64,000 nucleotides of DNA, from NCBI GenBank assembly GCA_965267355.1, contig OZ253956.1, positions 189,654-253,653 of the forward strand, given 5' to 3'. The notes beneath the pieces were generated by a model. It made no database searches. It saw only the letters and a program-made list of their open reading frames with translations, and was not told where the DNA came from. Source of the stretch: Vicingaceae bacterium (GTDB lineage Bacteria > Bacteroidota > Bacteroidia > Flavobacteriales_E > Vicingaceae). Position numbers and translations under genes: made by a program. This document shows positions 8,404-18,272 of the stretch, piece by piece; within the stretch, counting starts at the first letter, position 1; every line of letters starts with the position of its first letter.

Positions 8404-9408
8404 ATGTCGAGAAGAAAATTTTTAAAAGTATCAGCTCTTGGAGTTGGAGGATTGTTACTTGCTAAATGTGCTCCAGCTAATCCAGAAAACAACGAAGAAA
8501 CTGAAGCAACACCAGTAGTTCCAAAAACAGTTAAAAAACCAGTAGTTATCTCAACCTGGAATCATGGAATAGCGGCCAACAAAGCAGCTTGGGAAGTATT
8601 AAATAAGGGTGGCAATGCTTTGGATGCGGTAGAAAAAGGTGTAATGGTAACCGAATCGGATGCCGAAAACAGAAGTGTGGGTTTGGGTGGAAATCCAGAT
8701 AGAGATGGTAGGGTTACATTGGATGCTTGCATTATGAATCACGAAAATGAATGTGGAGCAGTTGCTTATTTACAAAACATAGAACACCCTATTTCTGTTG
8801 CTAGGAAAATAATGGAAGACACTCCTCATGTAATGTTAGTTGGTGATGGAGCTGAAGAGTTTGCAGTAGAAAAAGGTTTTGAAAGAACAAATTTATTGAC
8901 TGAGGAAGCTGAAGAAGATTGGAAGAAATGGAAAGCTGACCAGAAACAAAAGAAACCAGAAATCAACCATGAAAACCATGATACAATTGGCATGTTGGCT
9001 ATTGATGAAAATGGAAATATTTCTGGCGCTTGTACCACTAGTGGTTGGGCATACAAATTACCCGGAAGAGTTGGTGACTCTCCAATAATTGGTGCTGGCT
9101 TGTTTATAGATAATGAAGTTGGTGGTGCTTGTGCAACAGGTTTGGGTGAAGCTGTAATCAGAATTGCTGGCAGTCATACCGTAGTTGAATTAATGCGACA
9201 AGGAAAATCTCCAACTGAAGCTTGCAAAGAGGCTGTAGATAGAATTATTAAAAAACACAAAAACTTAGAAGGTTTACAAGTAGGGTTTTTAGCCATTAAT
9301 AAATACGGAGAAGTTGGGGGACATAGTGTTTATGCTGGCTTTAATTATGCACTGAAAGATAACGAAACTGAAAAAATGATAGACTGCAAGTATGAAATGG
9401 AGTGGTAG
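8404..9408 (+). CDS. N4-(beta-N-acetylglucosaminyl)-L-asparaginase (glycosylasparaginase, Ntn hydrolase) with Tat signal peptide
   Basis: N-terminal SRRKFLK twin-arginine motif. Autoproteolytic/nucleophile site HDTIGM conserved in the glycosylasparaginase/plant-type asparaginase family. Confidence 0.8.
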   Translation: MSRRKFLKVSALGVGGLLLAKCAPANPENNEETEATPVVPKTVKKPVVISTWNHGIAANKAAWEVLNKGGNALDAVEKGVMVTESDAENRSVGLGGNPDRDGRVTLDACIMNHENECGAVAYLQNIEHPISVARKIMEDTPHVMLVGDGAEEFAVEKGFERTNLLTEEAEEDWKKWKADQKQKKPEINHENHDTIGMLAIDENGNISGACTTSGWAYKLPGRVGDSPIIGAGLFIDNEVGGACATGLGEAVIRIAGSHTVVELMRQGKSPTEACKEAVDRIIKKHKNLEGLQVGFLAINKYGEVGGHSVYAGFNYALKDNETEKMIDCKYEMEW

Positions 9409-11620
9409 CATTTTTATCATTTTCTTAATTAGTTTATTGGGTTGTGACTCAGATAAAGAAGTTATTTATCCTGAGAAAGCAAATTATGGCATTATACCCC
9501 AACCTCAAAAATTGACTACTGAAAAAGGTTTTTTTGTCATAGATGAGAACACGTCAATAAATGGACCGGAACAATTTCATGAGTTTCTTGAAAGTTATAC
9601 TGGATTAAAACTTCATTGGGATAACCCTAAACCAGGCAAGGGATTTTTTATTGGTTGTAATTCATCAGACATTGGATCAGAAACTTACACATTAAAAATT
9701 ACCAAATACAGGGTTGATTTAGATGCGCAATCGCCAGCAGGGGTATCTCGAGGGCTAGCGACATTAAAACAATTAATAATGTTGAATAGTGACTCTTCTG
9801 GTTATTTTATTCCATACTGTACAATTAAAGATTCTCCAAAATTCAAACACCGCGGTTTGCTATTAGACTGTTCTCGGCATGTCTTTGAAAAAGATGTGGT
9901 AAAGAAATACATCGATTTATTAGCTTACTACAAAATGAACACCCTACATTGGCACTTAACCGAAGATCAAGGTTGGAGAATAGAAATCGATAAATACCCA
10001 AAGCTGACCGAAATAGGTGCTTGGAGAATCGAACAAAATGGAAGCAAATATGGTGGTTTTTACACCAAAGAAGATATTAGAGAAATAGTAGCTTATGCTG
10101 AAGAACGACACATTACCATCATCCCAGAAATTGAATTACCTGGTCACTCACAGGCTGCTATCGCTGCTTACCCTCACCTATCTTGTACTGGCGAGCAAGT
10201 ACCAGTTGCAAACGATTGGGGTGTATTTAAAGAAATTTATTGCGCAGGTAATGATAGCGTTTTTATTTTCTTAGAAGATGTACTCACTGAGGTGATGGAG
10301 TTGTTCCCATCTAAATACATACATATTGGTGGAGATGAAGCACCTAAATATCGCTGGGAAAATTGCCCAAAATGCCAGAAAAGAATTAAACAAGAAGGCT
10401 TAAAGGACGAGCATGAATTACAGAGTTATTTCATTTCACGAATTGAAAAATTCTTGAACAAAAATGGAAGACAATTAATTGGTTGGGATGAAATTTTAGA
10501 AGGTGGTTTATCTCCTAATGCTACGGTACAAAGTTGGAGAGGGATGGATGGTGGAATTGAAGCAACAGAGAAAGGTCATTATGCGATTATGTCTCCAACG
10601 AGCCATTGTTATTTAGATTATGATTTAAAGGCCATTGACTTAGAAAAAGTCTACAGCTTTGACCCTATTCCTGAAAAACTTCCAGAAGATAAACACCATT
10701 TTATTATGGGTGGAGAAGTAAACATGTGGACTGAACATGTGCCTAATGAAGACAATTTAGACAGCAAAATTTTTCCACGATTAATGGCTTTGAGTGAAGT
10801 ATTGTGGAATTATCCTAAGGAAAGAGATTATGAAGAGTTTTACAATCGAGTGCAATACCACTACCCTGTTTTAGAAAGTTTTGGAGTAAACTATGGGCAA
10901 GAAACTGTTCCTATGACTTATGAGGTACAACCTGCCATGCAAGGCTCTTTTGTTACATTAAAGCCTTCTAACAAAAACATTAAATTGAACTACAAAAAAG
11001 AATGTGAAGGTTGTGATGAAGACTTTAAAGAGTATAAAAACGAAAAGATACACATTGACAAAACCACCCTATTAAAAGTTCAGCCAATAAAGAACGAGCA
11101 AAATTATGGAGAGGTTATTGAAATACCTTTTGAGTGCCATTTGGCTACTAACAAAACTGTAACTTACACTGCAAAATACAATGATTGGTATACCGCAGGT
11201 GGTGACAAAGCATTGGTTGATTCTAAAATTGGAACCTTAGATTTTAGAGATGGGAACTGGCAAGGATTCTGGGGAGATGATTTAGAATGTGTGTTGGATT
11301 TTGATGGAATTGACAAAGGCTTTACTTCTGTTTCGGCTAACTTTTACCAATACAACAATGCTTGGATTTTTGCACCACAAGCTATGAGTGCAGAAATTTC
11401 TTGGGATGGAAAAGACTGGGAAGATTGGGGAAGTGTAAAATGTTATGTTGACCCCAAACAACGAGATAAATTTATTACCACACTTACCATAGATCATAAA
11501 GAAGAAACCAGCTTTAGATATTTAAAATTGAAAGTAAAAAACTTAGGTAAAGTTCCTGATTGGCACGAAGCAGCTGGTTCTGATGCTTGGATATTTATAG
11601 ATGAAATAATTGTAAAATGA
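9392..11620 (+). CDS. GH20 beta-N-acetylhexosaminidase with C-terminal discoidin/CBM32-like domain
   Basis: GH20 catalytic motifs HWHLTEDQGWR and HIGGDEAPKY (the D-E pair) and a lipoprotein-like signal. Overlaps the aga stop by 17 bp. Confidence 0.85.
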   Translation: MKWSGSIFIIFLISLLGCDSDKEVIYPEKANYGIIPQPQKLTTEKGFFVIDENTSINGPEQFHEFLESYTGLKLHWDNPKPGKGFFIGCNSSDIGSETYTLKITKYRVDLDAQSPAGVSRGLATLKQLIMLNSDSSGYFIPYCTIKDSPKFKHRGLLLDCSRHVFEKDVVKKYIDLLAYYKMNTLHWHLTEDQGWRIEIDKYPKLTEIGAWRIEQNGSKYGGFYTKEDIREIVAYAEERHITIIPEIELPGHSQAAIAAYPHLSCTGEQVPVANDWGVFKEIYCAGNDSVFIFLEDVLTEVMELFPSKYIHIGGDEAPKYRWENCPKCQKRIKQEGLKDEHELQSYFISRIEKFLNKNGRQLIGWDEILEGGLSPNATVQSWRGMDGGIEATEKGHYAIMSPTSHCYLDYDLKAIDLEKVYSFDPIPEKLPEDKHHFIMGGEVNMWTEHVPNEDNLDSKIFPRLMALSEVLWNYPKERDYEEFYNRVQYHYPVLESFGVNYGQETVPMTYEVQPAMQGSFVTLKPSNKNIKLNYKKECEGCDEDFKEYKNEKIHIDKTTLLKVQPIKNEQNYGEVIEIPFECHLATNKTVTYTAKYNDWYTAGGDKALVDSKIGTLDFRDGNWQGFWGDDLECVLDFDGIDKGFTSVSANFYQYNNAWIFAPQAMSAEISWDGKDWEDWGSVKCYVDPKQRDKFITTLTIDHKEETSFRYLKLKVKNLGKVPDWHEAAGSDAWIFIDEIIVK

Positions 11621-12312
11621 CCTTTGAGTTTTGCATAGATAGTTACGAAGGAGCTTTAGCAGCCCAAAAATATGGAGCTAAACGAGTGGAATTATGTGCT
11701 GCTTTAGATGTTGGTGGATTAACTCCAGGATTTGGATTGATACAACAATGTGGTATGGTGGAAGGAATTGAAGTGCACACCATGGTTAGACCAATAGCTG
11801 GCAACTTTGTTTACTCAGCCACAGACATTGAAGTAATGCAACACGACATTGCTGGGGCCAAAAGAGCTGGTGCAACTGGAGTGGTGTTTGGCTGTTTAAC
11901 CCAAGCAAATGAATTGGATGTTGAAGCCACCCAACAGCTAACCGAATTTGCTAATAGCCTCCAATTGGAAGTTACTTTTCATAGAGCGATTGATTTTTGC
12001 AACAACCCTTTAGACTGCTTAAATCAGTTAATTGTAATGGGTGTTGATAGAGTTCTAACCTCTGGTGGAAAAGAAAAAGCCATAGATGGAATACAAACCA
12101 TTGCTGAAATGGTAAAACTAGCTAACAAGCAAATACAAATTATGGCTGGGAGTGGAGTAAATAGTACCAATACCAAACAATTAGCTGATACAGGAATAGA
12201 TGCTTTGCATTTTACCATTCATAAATCGAATAGCGCTAATGAAAAACTAGGAATGGGAAGCAGAAATGAAATTGATGAAGATAAAATTGAATCAATAGTA
12301 AATCAATTATGA
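11617..12312 (+). CDS. cutC: CutC-family protein (copper homeostasis protein CutC homolog, TIM-barrel)
   Basis: 231 aa with end-to-end similarity to the CutC family (MTFEFCIDSYEGALAAQKYGAKRVELC...). 4-bp overlaps on both sides. Confidence 0.8.
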   Translation: MTFEFCIDSYEGALAAQKYGAKRVELCAALDVGGLTPGFGLIQQCGMVEGIEVHTMVRPIAGNFVYSATDIEVMQHDIAGAKRAGATGVVFGCLTQANELDVEATQQLTEFANSLQLEVTFHRAIDFCNNPLDCLNQLIVMGVDRVLTSGGKEKAIDGIQTIAEMVKLANKQIQIMAGSGVNSTNTKQLADTGIDALHFTIHKSNSANEKLGMGSRNEIDEDKIESIVNQL

Positions 12313-14300
12313 AGCGTATAATTTTCATAATCCCCCTTCTCTTTTTATTCTCTTGTTCCTCAGAAAAAAAAGAAGCATCTCCTCCCATTGAATTAGGCAC
12401 TTGGAAATTTGAATACAAAGGCAAATGGTTTTCAGCAGAAGTTCCTGGAACAATTCATACTGATTTATACAGTCACAACATTATTGAAGATCCTTTTTAT
12501 GGTAACAATGAACAAAAATTGCAGTGGATAGAAGATGAAGATTGGCACTACAAAAACAGCTTTACAGTAACCCAAGAACAGTTAGCTGACAAACACATTG
12601 AAATTGTTTTTGAAGGGTTAGACACTTATGCCGCTGTTGTGCTTAATGGAGATTCTATTTTGCAATCAGATAATATGTTTCGTAGCTGGCAAGCTGACAT
12701 AAAAGAACATTTAAAGGTTGGAGAAAATTTGTTGGAAATACATTTTACTCCTCCGAAGGATTACAACAAAGATCACTATGCCAACCACCCATGGAAGTTG
12801 CCTTCAGGTAGCGAAACCAAAGAACCAAGAGTGGGCTCATTTACTCGAAAAGCTGCCTACCATTTTGGTTGGGATTGGGGTCCAAGGTTTGTCACTTGTG
12901 GTATTTGGAGACCCATAAAATTTAATACTTGGAACAAAGCCAAAATTAAGGATGTACATTGTTATACCGCTTCACGGAGTAATGATAAAGCTTTGATTAA
13001 AGCAAACATAGAAATTGAGGCAGATGTAAAAGATACTGAGTTAACCACCATTCAACTGCAAATTAATGACACCACTTTGATGTACGGATTAAAAGATGGA
13101 ATTAACACCATTAATTATGAATTTGAAGTAGGGCACCCAAAATTATGGTGGTGCAATGGCTCAGGCGAACCTAATTTGTATGATTTAAACGTGAGTTTGA
13201 CAACAAGTGATAATCAAACTCAACAAAAAAACATACAATATGGAATTAGAACCATAGAATTGGTTAACGAACCTGACAGTATTGGTACTAACTTTTATTT
13301 TAAACTAAACGGCAAACCCGTCTTTATGAAAGGCGCCAACTACATCCCTCAAGATGTATTTATCCCAAGAGTTTCCGAAGAGCAATACAGAGAACTTTTA
13401 ACTGCAGTTAAAGAGGCTAACATGAACATGATTAGAGTTTGGGGAGGAGGAATTTATGAGAATGATATCTTTTATGATTTGTGTGATGAATATGGTATAC
13501 TGGTATGGCAAGATTTTATGTTTGCAGGTAGTTTATATCCTCATCATAACGAGTTTTTAAGTACTGTAAAAGAGGAGATAGAGGAAAACGTAATCCGTCT
13601 GAGAAACCACCCTTGTATTGCGTTGTGGTGTGGCAACAATGAAATAGAAGTTGCCTACAACAACTGGGGATGGCAAGAGCAATTTGGATATACCGAAAGC
13701 ACCAATTTTAAAATATGGAAAGACTATGAAAATCTGTTTCATAAAATGATTCCTGAGATTATTAAGGAGTTAGATCCAAATAGAGACTACACTCCTACTT
13801 CACCGTTAAGCAATTGGGGAACTGCTGAAAATTTTAACCATAGCAGTATGCACTACTGGGGCGTATGGCATGGAAAAGAACCTTTCGAAAATTTTGAAAA
13901 GAATGTAGGTCGTTTTATGGTAGAATATGGTTTTCAATCTTTCCCAAGCATGGAAACCATACAAAAATTTGCTCCAGATTCTAGCCTGAACTTAGATTCT
14001 GAAATAATGAAAACCCGACAAAAAAGCTACATTGGCAATGGTTTAATTCTTAAACACATTAACCAGTATTATAACGAGCCAAAATCCTTTACAGAGTTTG
14101 TAGAGCTAAGCCAGAAAACACAAGCCAAAGGAATGCAAATGGCAATTGAAGCTCATTTAGCTAAAAAGCCTCATTGCATGGGCAGTTTGTTTTGGCAACT
14201 AAACGATTGTTGGCCTGGTCCAAGCTGGAGTGTAATTGATTACTATGGCAATAAAAAGGAAGCCTATTTTACGGTTAAAGAAGAATTCTCGAAACATTAA
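12309..14300 (+). CDS. GH2 family glycosidase, probable beta-mannosidase
   Basis: Lipoprotein signal and a beta-mannosidase-like N-terminal sugar-binding region. GH2 acid/base motif WCGNNE and nucleophile motif EYGFQS. Confidence 0.65.
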   Translation: MKRIIFIIPLLFLFSCSSEKKEASPPIELGTWKFEYKGKWFSAEVPGTIHTDLYSHNIIEDPFYGNNEQKLQWIEDEDWHYKNSFTVTQEQLADKHIEIVFEGLDTYAAVVLNGDSILQSDNMFRSWQADIKEHLKVGENLLEIHFTPPKDYNKDHYANHPWKLPSGSETKEPRVGSFTRKAAYHFGWDWGPRFVTCGIWRPIKFNTWNKAKIKDVHCYTASRSNDKALIKANIEIEADVKDTELTTIQLQINDTTLMYGLKDGINTINYEFEVGHPKLWWCNGSGEPNLYDLNVSLTTSDNQTQQKNIQYGIRTIELVNEPDSIGTNFYFKLNGKPVFMKGANYIPQDVFIPRVSEEQYRELLTAVKEANMNMIRVWGGGIYENDIFYDLCDEYGILVWQDFMFAGSLYPHHNEFLSTVKEEIEENVIRLRNHPCIALWCGNNEIEVAYNNWGWQEQFGYTESTNFKIWKDYENLFHKMIPEIIKELDPNRDYTPTSPLSNWGTAENFNHSSMHYWGVWHGKEPFENFEKNVGRFMVEYGFQSFPSMETIQKFAPDSSLNLDSEIMKTRQKSYIGNGLILKHINQYYNEPKSFTEFVELSQKTQAKGMQMAIEAHLAKKPHCMGSLFWQLNDCWPGPSWSVIDYYGNKKEAYFTVKEEFSKH

Positions 14301-14369
14301 CTTAAACTTAGAATCAAAGTTTTAAAAAAGCCTTAACGCATACCTTAATTTGATGTAATGCTCCTCTTA

Positions 14370-14377
14370 TATTTTTG
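14370..14377 (+). promoter_or_regulatory. sigma-A -7 box TATTTTTG, 24 nt upstream of the SiaC-like gene
   Basis: Exact TAnnTTTG match, with a TTG at 14350-14352 about 17 nt upstream. Confidence 0.3.
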
Positions 14378-14401
14378 AGGTGAATTTAAAACTTATAGTT
14401 T

Positions 14402-14785
14402 ATGCCAAACTTAGAATTTTCGACCCACAGCACACCAAAACTTTATTTTGATTTAAACAATGGTGTAATTAAAATTACTGGGAGATCAACCATGTTAAAT
14501 CCGCAGGAATTTTATCCAAGTGTAATCCATTTAATTGAAGAATATTGTGAAAACCCTCACCAACATACCAAATTGGTAATAGATTTGGGATATTATAATT
14601 CTATGTCCTCTAGATTCTTACTACGAATAGTTGAATTAATTTCTCGGTTAGATTTAAAAAGAAACCATACCGTAAAAATTAATTGGTTTTACGACCCTGA
14701 AGATTTAGGAATTGCTGAAGATATTAGATTGTTTAGCAAAATAATTCACTATAGGATAAATGCTGTAGCTTACGAACTGGCTTAA
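14402..14785 (+). CDS. SiaC-like DUF1987 family protein (partner-switch type regulatory phosphoprotein homolog)
   Basis: 127 aa aligning by eye to Pseudomonas SiaC at conserved blocks (NPQEFY vs YPENSYELF, LVIDLGYYNSMSSR vs LDLRLLYLNTSSIK, WFYDPED vs WHYDRRNE). Confidence 0.5.
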   Translation: MPNLEFSTHSTPKLYFDLNNGVIKITGRSTMLNPQEFYPSVIHLIEEYCENPHQHTKLVIDLGYYNSMSSRFLLRIVELISRLDLKRNHTVKINWFYDPEDLGIAEDIRLFSKIIHYRINAVAYELA

Positions 14786-14869
14786 GAACTGTAATTAACA
14801 CGACAGACCTACTAATTTTCTCTTTATTTAAGAACCGTTTCTACATTTCTCACGTACATTTACACGGTT

Positions 14870-15370
14870 ATGAAACGGTTAATTCCTTTCTTAGTTATCA
14901 TATTTTTATCTCTCACTGCTTTTATTGCAAGTGATGAATCTCCTTTGCTTTTTAAAATAGAGAGAAGTAAAGATGCCAATCAAATACTATACACCTTAAA
15001 TATTGACAATGAAGGAAACCTAAATGAAGAACCTATTAATGCTTTTTGGATTAAGAAAACCAAAAAAGGAAGAATTGAGCCATTAACCTGGATTCAAAAG
15101 AAATATGCTTATGGTTTAAAATATTTACATGCTTGTGAAAAGTGTGCTACTTTTCAATTTGTTTCTTATGACAAAACAAATCTCCATTTGAGAAAATACA
15201 ATGATGAATACAAGGTTTTTACCCAATTAAATGGGGAGGTAGTTGAAGTAGAAAAAATTTTTGTACAAATAGATGGAGGTACTTTTTGGGTGCCCAATGT
15301 TACTGCTGTGGAACTGCATGCTAAGTATTTAAAATCTGGTGAAGAGGTAGTTGAAATTATTCAACCGTAA
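14870..15370 (+). CDS. secreted hypothetical protein, possibly DUF4833 family
   Basis: Signal peptide followed by a small domain. The DUF assignment is from memory only. Its 3' end overlaps the GH92 3' end convergently by 14 bp. Confidence 0.3.
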   Translation: MKRLIPFLVIIFLSLTAFIASDESPLLFKIERSKDANQILYTLNIDNEGNLNEEPINAFWIKKTKKGRIEPLTWIQKKYAYGLKYLHACEKCATFQFVSYDKTNLHLRKYNDEYKVFTQLNGEVVEVEKIFVQIDGGTFWVPNVTAVELHAKYLKSGEEVVEIIQP

Positions 15371-18272
15371 TTTCATCTAAGAATAACCAAGTAGGATTTC
15401 CTGCACCTAAATGCCATTCAGGACATAGTCCATAGTTCTTTATCTTAATTTTGATATACCTACAATTTACTGGAGAATTCATTGTTCGAACAAATTCCTT
15501 GGTAAAAGCTCCATATTCATTATCAGCAAAATCATTTTCAACCTTTCCTATTTCTTTAAAATGTCCATACATACTACCAGCAACCCATAACTCAATTTCT
15601 GAAGGAAACCATATCCATGATTTTATATCTTGTAATGCGCCTATGGAAATACTTTTCACAGGTTGCCATTTCCCTAAATCAACTATTACCTCAACATCTT
15701 TTCCATAATAGCCCTGCCAAAAACCTGTTCGGAAGTTTGCTGTACCTTTTAATTGATCTATTAAGGCATTATCTCCACCCGCATTATATTGATTATCATA
15801 TTCGGTTAACAATTCTATACTTCTACTTCCATCTATCTTTTTGAAAGAGGCATTCACTTCATAACTCTTCTTCTCTCCTTTTTGAGCATAAACAGTTATG
15901 TTAGTATTCTCTGTGATTGTAAATGGTTTTTCATATTTGGAAAAAACACCATCATCAAACCTAAAATAGATTTCTGCTTCCTTATCAACATTCTTAATTT
16001 CAACAGCCATACTGTCTTCAAACGTTTGTTTAGATGAAGCGAAATAAGGTACAGGAACAATTTCATCTTGCTTAGCTATTGAAGGAATGGGCATATTCTC
16101 TGTTCCCCAATTTCCATTTGGTTTTGATCCCATTTCAAACACTAATTCTCCACCAGAAACTATATCCTTATGATAAAGGGCAGCGGTATTCAGCTCATCT
16201 CCATTAAGTTTAGCACTTTGTATATACTTATTCTCATCTGAAACGTTATTGGCTTTAATAATGAACTGTTTCCCATTCTCTAAACTAATGGCTACCTCAT
16301 CAAACAATGGAGTTCCTATTGCATAATAATCAGCTCCGGGAGTCACTGAATAAAATCCCATTGCACTTAATACATACCAAGCTGACATCTGTCCACAATC
16401 CTCATTGCCAGACAATCCATCTGGTTGATTGGTGTATTGCTCCGTTAAAATTTGATGAACTCGCTCTTGGGCCTTATACGGTTTTCCAATAAAATCATAC
16501 AAATAAGCCATGTGATGACTTGGTTCATTTCCGTGTGCATACTGACCAATTAAACCAGTAATGTCAACCTGATGTCTTCCTGTTAATTCCATTTCTGTGG
16601 CAAACAATTTGTCCAACTTCTTTTCAAAATTTTGAGCTCCACCATGTAAATGAATTAGCCCTTCAATATCCTGAGGGACAAACATGCTGTACTGCCAGGA
16701 ATTAGCTTCAGTAAAATTAAAGTTCACCTCTGCTGGATTAAATCCAGTACTCCATCCTCCGTTCATTTTACTTTGCATAAAACCACTTTCAGTATTATAG
16801 ATGTTCTTGTAAAACTGTGCTCTATTGATAAACTCCTCATAAGTTTCCATCAAATCCATTTCTTTTGCCATAGTAGCAATACACCAATCATCATAAGCAT
16901 ATTCTAATGTTTTAGAAACAGATTCTGATTCATCACCTGCTGCGATATAGCCTTTTTGTTTATAAGAAGCTAATCCTAATTCATCTTGTCTTGCACTGTG
17001 TAACATGGCTTCCATAGCCAAACCAGTATCATAATCTCTCAACCCTTTCATATAAGCATCTACAATTACAGAAATAGCATGATAACCAATCATACAACCC
17101 GTGTAATTTGCTGCTAATTCCCAAATTGGTAAAGCACCTCCATCTTTATATTGTTTTAAGAAAGTTCTGATAAACTCATTGGTTTTTTGTTGCTCTATAA
17201 TGGTGTATAAAGGATGAGTTGCTCTAAACGTATCCCACAAAGAAAAAACCGTGTAAACTAGATCTTCAGATTCATGAATTTTCATATCCATTCCTCTGTA
17301 TTTACCATCTACATCTGAAAAAACATTTGGAGCTATCATGGTATGATATAATGCAGAGTAGAAAATCTCTTTTTTCGTTTCATCTTGACTAGCTATTTGA
17401 ATTTTGTTTAAAGCTTTTTCCCATTTGGCTTTTGCATCAGCGTTGTATTTTTCAAAATCCCAATGAGATGCTTCTGCTTCTAGATTTTTGTGAGCTCCCT
17501 CTATGCTTACTGCTGAGATTCCTACAGCAACATCAATTTGCTCCCCCTTTTTGATATCAAAACTTAAAGCACACTTAGTACTGTCCTCATTAAATTCTTT
17601 ATTAGAAATTGTTCTTGAAAATTTCACAACAAAATAGATATGTTGTTCAGTAGCCCATGCATTAGAAACTCTATAACCCTCAAGTTCATTTTCACCAATG
17701 ACCTTCAAGTCACTTTTTAATAATTTATCTCTGTGTTGTAAATCAATAATTACGTTGCTACTTCCCTCCTTATTAAATGTATATTGGTGAATTCCAACCC
17801 TTTCTGTTGCAGTTAATCGAACATCAATATCATGTTCTTCTAACTTTACTTCATAGTAACCTGGACTAGCATTTTCTGTTTCTTTTTTAAACCAAGAGGC
17901 GTATCCGTTTTCAGCTCCTGTTTTATAGCCATTATCAAACCAAACCGCTCCTTGAGTGGGCATTAATAATACGTCTCCATAATCTCCAACTCCTGTACCA
18001 CTTAAATGAGTATGACTAAACCCATAAATAATAGAATCGGTATTATGATACCCCGAACAACCATCCCATCCTTCTAATCTGGTATCAGGACTTAACTGAA
18101 CCATTCCAAAAGGTAATGTAGCTCCTGGGTAAGTGTGTCCATGTCCGCCAGTTCCGATAAAAGTATTTACATAATCATAACCGTTGGCATACTCAGTTTT
18201 CGACTGTTCACTACCGCAAGAAACAAGAAGTAATACAAAAACCGATAATGATATTTCTATTATTCTTTTCAT
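15357..18272 (-). CDS. GH92 alpha-1,2-mannosidase-family enzyme with C-terminal discoidin/CBM32-like domain
   Basis: Diagnostic GH92 N-terminal block GTGGHGHTYPGATLPFGMVQLSPDT and a lipoprotein signal. The C-terminal ~150 aa is homologous to the C-terminus of the GH20 enzyme. Confidence 0.85.
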   Translation of the reverse strand: MKRIIEISLSVFVLLLVSCGSEQSKTEYANGYDYVNTFIGTGGHGHTYPGATLPFGMVQLSPDTRLEGWDGCSGYHNTDSIIYGFSHTHLSGTGVGDYGDVLLMPTQGAVWFDNGYKTGAENGYASWFKKETENASPGYYEVKLEEHDIDVRLTATERVGIHQYTFNKEGSSNVIIDLQHRDKLLKSDLKVIGENELEGYRVSNAWATEQHIYFVVKFSRTISNKEFNEDSTKCALSFDIKKGEQIDVAVGISAVSIEGAHKNLEAEASHWDFEKYNADAKAKWEKALNKIQIASQDETKKEIFYSALYHTMIAPNVFSDVDGKYRGMDMKIHESEDLVYTVFSLWDTFRATHPLYTIIEQQKTNEFIRTFLKQYKDGGALPIWELAANYTGCMIGYHAISVIVDAYMKGLRDYDTGLAMEAMLHSARQDELGLASYKQKGYIAAGDESESVSKTLEYAYDDWCIATMAKEMDLMETYEEFINRAQFYKNIYNTESGFMQSKMNGGWSTGFNPAEVNFNFTEANSWQYSMFVPQDIEGLIHLHGGAQNFEKKLDKLFATEMELTGRHQVDITGLIGQYAHGNEPSHHMAYLYDFIGKPYKAQERVHQILTEQYTNQPDGLSGNEDCGQMSAWYVLSAMGFYSVTPGADYYAIGTPLFDEVAISLENGKQFIIKANNVSDENKYIQSAKLNGDELNTAALYHKDIVSGGELVFEMGSKPNGNWGTENMPIPSIAKQDEIVPVPYFASSKQTFEDSMAVEIKNVDKEAEIYFRFDDGVFSKYEKPFTITENTNITVYAQKGEKKSYEVNASFKKIDGSRSIELLTEYDNQYNAGGDNALIDQLKGTANFRTGFWQGYYGKDVEVIVDLGKWQPVKSISIGALQDIKSWIWFPSEIELWVAGSMYGHFKEIGKVENDFADNEYGAFTKEFVRTMNSPVNCRYIKIKIKNYGLCPEWHLGAGNPTWLFLDEITVE

